Shown here in pieces: positions 57,860 through 64,000 of a DNA stretch of 64,000 bases. Position 1 is the stretch's first letter. Each line of letters begins with the position of its first letter. Origin of the DNA: Nitrospirae bacterium UBA2233 (lineage in GTDB: Bacteria; UBA2233); assembly GCA_002347965.1 (NCBI GenBank), contig DDYN01000057.1:11365-75364 (forward strand). Reading direction: 5' to 3'. A program made the position numbers and the translations under genes. The notes beneath the pieces are model-generated. The model searched no databases. It had not been told where the DNA came from and saw only the letters and a program-made list of their open reading frames with translations.

Positions 57860-58518
57860 CCTGCCAGGCCAGGCCACCAAAACCCTTCGGGCGGAAGGCC
57901 CTTAAGCGCGTCCCCACCCTTCAAGGTAACCCGCCTCCCTTCGAGCTCGAGCAGGCCTTTGGAGAACCAATCGAGCGCGAGCGGGTAGATTTCATGTTCT
58001 TTTTGGAGAATCCTGCTGGAAAGCGCCTCTTCCGTGTCATCCTCGAGCACGGGGACGGCGGCCTGGATGATCGTCGGGCCGGAATCCACCCCCTCGTCCA
58101 CGAAATGCACCGTACAGCCAGATACCTTAACGCCGTATGCAAGCGCCTGCGCTTGTGGCTTCAGCCCCGGAAAAGCGGGCAAAAGGCTCGGATGGATGTT
58201 GAGGATCCGGTTCGGGCAGGCATTAAGAAGCGTAGGGCCCACGATTTGCATGAACCCCGCCAAGCATACCCCCTCGATCCGCCAGGCTCTAAGAAGCTCG
58301 ACCATGCGGCGTTCTTGTTCGGCTTTGGAGGGGAAATCCGCCCGGGCAAAGACTTCCGTGGCGATCCCCAAGTTTTTGGCCTTTTCAAGCCCAGGCGCTT
58401 TCTTGTCGTTCGAGACGACGAGCGCCACCTCGGCCTCGGCCCGCCCTTCCTTGCAGGCCCGCACGAGCGCGACCATGTTGCTTCCGCGCCCAGACAGGAA
58501 CACGGCAACCCGCTTCAT
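57856..58518 (-). CDS. purN: Phosphoribosylglycinamide formyltransferase
   Basis: VFLSGRGSNM and NIHPSLLPAF motifs. Confidence 0.9.
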   Translation of the reverse strand: MKRVAVFLSGRGSNMVALVRACKEGRAEAEVALVVSNDKKAPGLEKAKNLGIATEVFARADFPSKAEQERRMVELLRAWRIEGVCLAGFMQIVGPTLLNACPNRILNIHPSLLPAFPGLKPQAQALAYGVKVSGCTVHFVDEGVDSGPTIIQAAVPVLEDDTEEALSSRILQKEHEIYPLALDWFSKGLLELEGRRVTLKGGDALKGLPPEGFWWPGLAG

Positions 58519-59552
58519 GCAAGCTTGCCCTCGTAGCGAATGTGGGGCCCTTGGGGGTAGCGCTCCGCCAGCCGTCCGATCACGCTTGGCGTTTCACCGG
58601 CCTGGCCAAGCAGTTCCATCGCCTCTTCAAGCCTCGAGGGGCTTACGGCCACGACGAACCCCACTCCCATGTTGAACGTCCCAAGGGCGTCTTCTTCTTG
58701 GATCTGGCCTTTTTCCATCAGCCAGCGAAACAACGGCGGGACGGAAAGCGAGCCCAGCTCAACCACGGCCTGTACGTTGTTGGCCAGCATCCTCGGGAGG
58801 TTTTCCGTGATTCCCCCGCCCGTGATATGCGCCATTCCTTTGGGGATCCCCGCCGCAACGAGCCTTTGGACTGCATCCACGTAGATCTTCGTCGGCGCGA
58901 GGAGAACCTCCGAAAGAGGCTTGTTTTCAAGCTCGGGGAGTCTATCCCTTATTCCGTAGTGGTTTTGCTCGAAAAGAACCCTCCTTACGAGCGTGAAGGC
59001 GTTGCTGTGAAGCCCGCTGGATGCAAGCCCCACGAGCACGTCGCCCGGCGCGGGGTTGTCCGTCGTGATGAGTGCACGCTTGGGAACGCTGCCTATCCCA
59101 AACCCCGCAAACTCGAACAGGCCATCTTGATACATTCCAGGCATCTGGGCAGTTTCTCCGCCCACAAGGTCCATCCGGGCGGCTTCCAAACCCTGGGCCA
59201 GCCCCTTTGTCAGCTCATCGAGAGTGTTCTCCTCGAGCGAAGAGAACGCAAGGTAATCGAGGAAAAAAAGGGGCTTGGCCCCCGTCGTGATCAGGTCGTT
59301 GACGACCATCGCGACAAGGTCGACCCCTAAGCCCTGGTAAGCGCCGGCCATCCTGGCAACGAGGATCTTTGTGCCGATGCCGTCGCTCGAGGCAACGAGG
59401 AACGCCCCCTCTTCCATCCCGAGCACCGCCGCAAACCCCCCCATTCCGTGGCTAACCTTGTCGGCATGCAATATCTTCGTGCGAAACCGGAGCTTTTCGA
59501 TGAACCTCTTGGCGACGTTGCGGTCAACTCCCGCGGCCCGGTAAGCGTTCAT
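58515..59552 (-). CDS. purM: Phosphoribosylformylglycinamidine cyclo-ligase (AIR synthetase)
   Basis: MNAYRAAGVD...; start at 59552 with an AAAGGAG SD. Confidence 0.9.
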   Translation of the reverse strand: MNAYRAAGVDRNVAKRFIEKLRFRTKILHADKVSHGMGGFAAVLGMEEGAFLVASSDGIGTKILVARMAGAYQGLGVDLVAMVVNDLITTGAKPLFFLDYLAFSSLEENTLDELTKGLAQGLEAARMDLVGGETAQMPGMYQDGLFEFAGFGIGSVPKRALITTDNPAPGDVLVGLASSGLHSNAFTLVRRVLFEQNHYGIRDRLPELENKPLSEVLLAPTKIYVDAVQRLVAAGIPKGMAHITGGGITENLPRMLANNVQAVVELGSLSVPPLFRWLMEKGQIQEEDALGTFNMGVGFVVAVSPSRLEEAMELLGQAGETPSVIGRLAERYPQGPHIRYEGKLA

Positions 59553-59695
59553 GGCTTCTCCTTTGCTGCGTACGCTGTTCATTCTCCTTCCTATATATAC
59601 CATCCCTAAACCCGGATGTCCTAACGGGCTGCCTTTTGGACAGGCTTTGTGGTATAATTTATTTTCTAGAAAAACGCGCGCTTCGGGGAGGGTGA

Positions 59696-60058
59696 ATGGT
59701 GCTAAACCCCTACGTGTTTCCCGTTCAAGTAGGCATGCCTAAGGAAATGGCAGGGCTTTTGCAAGCGCTTGGGACGACGGCCATGAGTGGCGTTTCCCCT
59801 TTTAGCGCGGTATCGCCCATAGGCGCCTACACAACCCGCGTCGTCGACCGCGTGACGCTTTCCGAGGGTATACAGCAAGGGCGGTTCAGGCGTTTCGCCA
59901 ACCCGGAACTCGGGCTTGAACGTGCCTACCGAGAGGCCTGGGCGGCCTCTTCTTCTACCGAACCCGGCCCCGAAGGGACGTTCGTCGCCTACGGGGCAGA
60001 CCGGCTCGTACGGACCTTTGGCGGCTCTAGCAGGCCAAGAATCGACGTAGTCGTTTGA
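59696..60058 (+). CDS. Hypothetical protein (120 aa)
   Basis: ORF only; ends adjacent to the marR start. Confidence 0.3.
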   Translation: MVLNPYVFPVQVGMPKEMAGLLQALGTTAMSGVSPFSAVSPIGAYTTRVVDRVTLSEGIQQGRFRRFANPELGLERAYREAWAASSSTEPGPEGTFVAYGADRLVRTFGGSSRPRIDVVV

Positions 60059-60573
60059 CCAAGATGAGCTCCCCCCTCAAGGCAGCCCCTTCGCCAAAAA
60101 AGGCGAGCTCGGCCTCGTTCAACCAAAGAAATAGCGCCCGGGACGAGCTTGTGTATTTTCGGATGGTCAGAGTCCTGCACGGGATCTACAACCGCCTTCA
60201 GCGCGTGCTTGTCCAGGCCGGCGTAACGGCCCCCCAGTTCGAAGTCATCTCGCTGCTCGTTCGGATGAACGACGCCAAGCTCAAAGAAATCGGCAAAAGG
60301 CTGCTGATCACCGGAGGAAACGTCACGGGCATCATGGACAGGCTAGAAAAAATTGGCCTTGTCCTTCGAGTGCGCGATACGGACGACAGGCGAATCATCA
60401 AGGCCAAGCTTACCCAAAAGGGGCTAGAAACCTTCTACAACGCGGATGCTCTGTATAAAATGGAGCTCAAAGAGGTTTTTGGGGCCTTGAACAAGCAAGA
60501 AAAACGAATCTTGGCCGGCCTCCTTCGGAGGACTGAGCTTCGGGCTAGGCGCAGGGCGGCGTCCTCCCTTTGA
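60055..60573 (+). CDS. MarR-family transcriptional regulator
   Basis: wHTH pattern (APQFEVISLLVRMNDAKLKEIGKRLLITGGNVTGIMDRLEKIGLVLRVRDTDDRR). Confidence 0.8.
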   Translation: MTKMSSPLKAAPSPKKASSASFNQRNSARDELVYFRMVRVLHGIYNRLQRVLVQAGVTAPQFEVISLLVRMNDAKLKEIGKRLLITGGNVTGIMDRLEKIGLVLRVRDTDDRRIIKAKLTQKGLETFYNADALYKMELKEVFGALNKQEKRILAGLLRRTELRARRRAASSL

Positions 60574-60705
60574 TCGCCTAAAAAGTCGCCTTTCATCCTT
60601 CGCCCCCTTACGTGCCAGACAATCTCAAGCTTCCCCTTGCAAAAACATTTCTAGCGCGAAGATTAAAAGGGGATTTTCCCTTTTGGGCCATCTTGCGATG
60701 AGTTT

Positions 60706-60714
60706 TGCTATAAT
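60706..60714 (+). promoter_or_regulatory. Extended -10 element (TGcTATAAT) upstream of the ftsE-like gene
   Basis: Read from the sequence; no good -35. Confidence 0.3.
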
Positions 60715-60755
60715 CAAGCCTAGGTGTTTGAAATACCAAGGCGGCTTCAGGGGCG

Positions 60756-61445
60756 ATGGCTTTTGCGCAAACGAGCGTCCATCAAGATTGTCTCGCATTC
60801 CTTCGTGTCTCCGGCTCAAAGGCGGGGGGGCGGATGGCTGCCGAGGCGTCTTTTTCCCTCCCAAGGGGTGGAATCCTGGGCGTTTTTGGCGGTCCAGGAA
60901 CTGGCAAGAGCACGCTCACCAGGCTCGCCGCCCTAAGGGAGATGCCCTCCGAAGGCTACATCGTGTGCTTTGGCCGGAACGTGCTCAAGTGCCAGTTGGC
61001 ACAGCTACAGCAGATGCGCCTTAGGATCGGAGCGGTGCTGGAAGGAAGCAGGCTAATCGAAGAGGCCAGCGTGGCGTTCAACCTCAAGTGCCTAGCCCCT
61101 TTGGCAGAGGGGTGCCCTAAGGGGACTCTTAGGGAGCGCACCGAAGCACTTCTAGAGCTTTTGGAATGTCCCGGCAGCTTGCAAGCTTTCCTGAAATCGC
61201 GGGTAAGCATCCTGCCTGAGAGCTTAAAAAGGAGGGTGCTGTTCATGAGGGAGTGCCTTCTTGCGCCGGAGCTCCTCGTCCTCGATTGCCCGTTCGAGCT
61301 GCTCGGACATCGCCTTGGCCAACGCTTCCTCCGCGGCGTTCAAGGGGTGCTTCAGGAGACGGCGGGCATCCTCTTGACCGCCTCGAGTCCGGAAACGCCC
61401 AGGGCGCTGCAAGACCGCTTCCCCTGGGTTAGGCTCGAATCGTAG
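60756..61445 (+). CDS. FtsE-like ABC ATPase with a degenerate signature motif
   Basis: Walker A GGPGTGKSTL, Q-loop and Walker B-like LLVLDCP. The LSGGQ signature is degenerate (ILPESLKRR). Confidence 0.55.
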   Translation: MAFAQTSVHQDCLAFLRVSGSKAGGRMAAEASFSLPRGGILGVFGGPGTGKSTLTRLAALREMPSEGYIVCFGRNVLKCQLAQLQQMRLRIGAVLEGSRLIEEASVAFNLKCLAPLAEGCPKGTLRERTEALLELLECPGSLQAFLKSRVSILPESLKRRVLFMRECLLAPELLVLDCPFELLGHRLGQRFLRGVQGVLQETAGILLTASSPETPRALQDRFPWVRLES

Positions 61446-61448
61446 ACG

Positions 61449-62267
61449 ATGGAAAGACTCAAAGGAGCCGTATTCTGGGTTCGCTCTCTGGGCTGCATCT
61501 GGTGGGCCATCACCAAGGATACCTCGGACACACCAAGATTCTTGGGGCGGGTAATCCTTGTCTTTTCCATGCTATGGGGGGTGCTCCTCATCGGGGAGCC
61601 GATGGGCTTCTGGATTATCCAGCCAAAAACGCATGCCTGGGTCTTGGCGGACCCAGGCATGGCCTCCGACATGCAAACCCTCACCAGTCGCCTTGCCGGC
61701 CTCCAAAAACGCCGCAAAGACCTGGTCCTCACTCCCGAACGCTTGCCCGAACATCCAGAAGCAAGAGTTTGGAGGCTTACGGCGCGAACCGCCCTTCAGC
61801 CCAACGGGCGCGTAGCTCTCGAACGCCCGCTGCTCGAAGGACTGCAAGGGGTACGGGTTCTCTGGCAAGAACCTGCCCCGCTTTTGGGGTTCGACGGCCC
61901 GACGGCCGCCAGGCGTTTCCTTGCCGTTGCGTTCGCTTGGGTTGCTTCGCTCGGGTTCCTGTACGCGGTATTGCTCGCCCCAGGGCTCGAGCGAACCCGC
62001 CCCCTTTGGAACGTGTGGTTTTGGCATGGGCTTGGGCCTTCCAGGCTAAAAATCCTCATGGGCGGGCATCTTGTAGCTACGGGGTTGCGCGATAGCCTGC
62101 TGGCGGGCGCGGCAAGCGCTTGGCTTGCCTTTTGGTTTAAGCTCGTCGCCCTCCGGGACTTTCTAGTCGTAGGGGGCGCTTGGGTGGCGCTTGTCGTCGG
62201 CCTTAGCGGGTTGATTCTTGTAAGGCGTTTTATGAGGAAAATCCTTGAAGATTCTTGTGCGGCTTAG
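61449..62267 (+). CDS. FtsX-like membrane protein (divergent)
   Basis: Four predicted TM segments with a large first periplasmic loop. Called from synteny with the FtsE-like and LytM genes. Confidence 0.4.
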   Translation: MERLKGAVFWVRSLGCIWWAITKDTSDTPRFLGRVILVFSMLWGVLLIGEPMGFWIIQPKTHAWVLADPGMASDMQTLTSRLAGLQKRRKDLVLTPERLPEHPEARVWRLTARTALQPNGRVALERPLLEGLQGVRVLWQEPAPLLGFDGPTAARRFLAVAFAWVASLGFLYAVLLAPGLERTRPLWNVWFWHGLGPSRLKILMGGHLVATGLRDSLLAGAASAWLAFWFKLVALRDFLVVGGAWVALVVGLSGLILVRRFMRKILEDSCAA

Positions 62268-62781
62268 GGCCCTTTTCTTACCTATTGCCGCACTCCTCCT
62301 TGTACCTTGTGCCGGCTTGGCATGGCTTCGAGGCGCTGTACCGCCCATTCCCTTGCAAGCCTTCCATCGCGGGCATGTTCAAATACGTACGATGCCCCAA
62401 GGCCAACCTGTAGAGCTCTCGGAAGCTTGGCTGGCGCTCCAGCGAGAGGCGAAACAGGCGCTGGACATCGGGCTTCCATCCGAGCCGGCAGAACCCCCCA
62501 AGCCGCTGTGGGGTGGTGTTATAATAAACGCTGAGGATCCTTTGGTAGTCGCCGGAGCGTCTGGAAGGCCGATTTACATAGGGTTCGTGAACGGCCTTGG
62601 TTATGTCGTCGTACTAGACCACGGAAACAGGACATACACGATTTATGGCCTCCTTAAAGAAGTGTTGATCCACAACATAGAGCGCGTCGCGAAGGGCCAG
62701 GCGATAGGGCTTGCCCACACGGAGCCTATCAGAGGCCTCTATGCCACGTATTTTGCCGTGCGAAAAGAGGCAACGCCCTGA
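62245..62781 (+). CDS. LytM/M23-domain protein (EnvC-like murein hydrolase activator; short form)
   Basis: C-terminal GRPIYIGFVNGLGYVVVLDHGNRTYTIYGLLKEV... LytM fold pattern. Confidence 0.6.
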   Translation: MKILVRLRALFLPIAALLLVPCAGLAWLRGAVPPIPLQAFHRGHVQIRTMPQGQPVELSEAWLALQREAKQALDIGLPSEPAEPPKPLWGGVIINAEDPLVVAGASGRPIYIGFVNGLGYVVVLDHGNRTYTIYGLLKEVLIHNIERVAKGQAIGLAHTEPIRGLYATYFAVRKEATP

Positions 62782-62845
62782 AAACCCAAGCCCTGGGGCC
62801 AAGCCCCCTGTATCCAAACCCATACCAGAAAGGAGTTTTGTCCTT

Positions 62846-64000
<1,155 letters not shown>

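Overview
High-GC (about 60%) bacterial chromosomal segment, densely coding, mostly on the minus strand. Contents in order: (1) A type I restriction-modification locus at the window start: hsdS runs off the 5' edge; an embedded Schlafen/AlbA_2-HATPase_c_4 gene sits between hsdS and hsdM; hsdM is frameshifted and carries an in-frame 45-bp perfect palindrome. It is followed by a low-GC remnant segment with small antisense ORFs. (2) A Cof-type HAD hydrolase, then a class II ribonucleotide reductase (NrdJ) interrupted by a 462-aa intein with LAGLIDADG motifs. (3) Three tandem c-type cytochromes, a CysI-like sulfite reductase, an ACE/M32-like metallopeptidase, a YaiI-family protein and an RsbR-like STAS protein. 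(4) A large type IV pilus supercluster in Myxococcus-like order: pilB-pilT-pilC, a 91-aa gene, pilA, a PilG/H/I-like ABC module, pilD, a PilX-like gene, two minor pilins, an 800-aa pilin-like protein with a 474-bp tandem duplication, and pilM-N-O-P-Q followed by aroC. (5) aroE, a GntR regulator, a DksA-like protein, a Mut7-C protein and pfkA. (6) A two-domain rhodanese whose first CX2GXR active-site loop contains an in-frame TGA. It is preceded by a sigma70-type promoter driving two tandem ~45-aa peptides, each with a canonical SD; they are paralogous to the small gene next to pilA. (7) An AKR-family reductase with a Tat signal, PP2C, bioB, tRNA-Leu, NfnAB-like genes, tRNA-Glu and tRNA-Lys, and a second RsbR-like gene. 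(8) The menF-D-B-A-C-E menaquinone operon, ccdA, purN, purM, marR and an ftsE-like/ftsX-like/LytM/ctpA cluster. No rRNA and no CRISPR array were seen.
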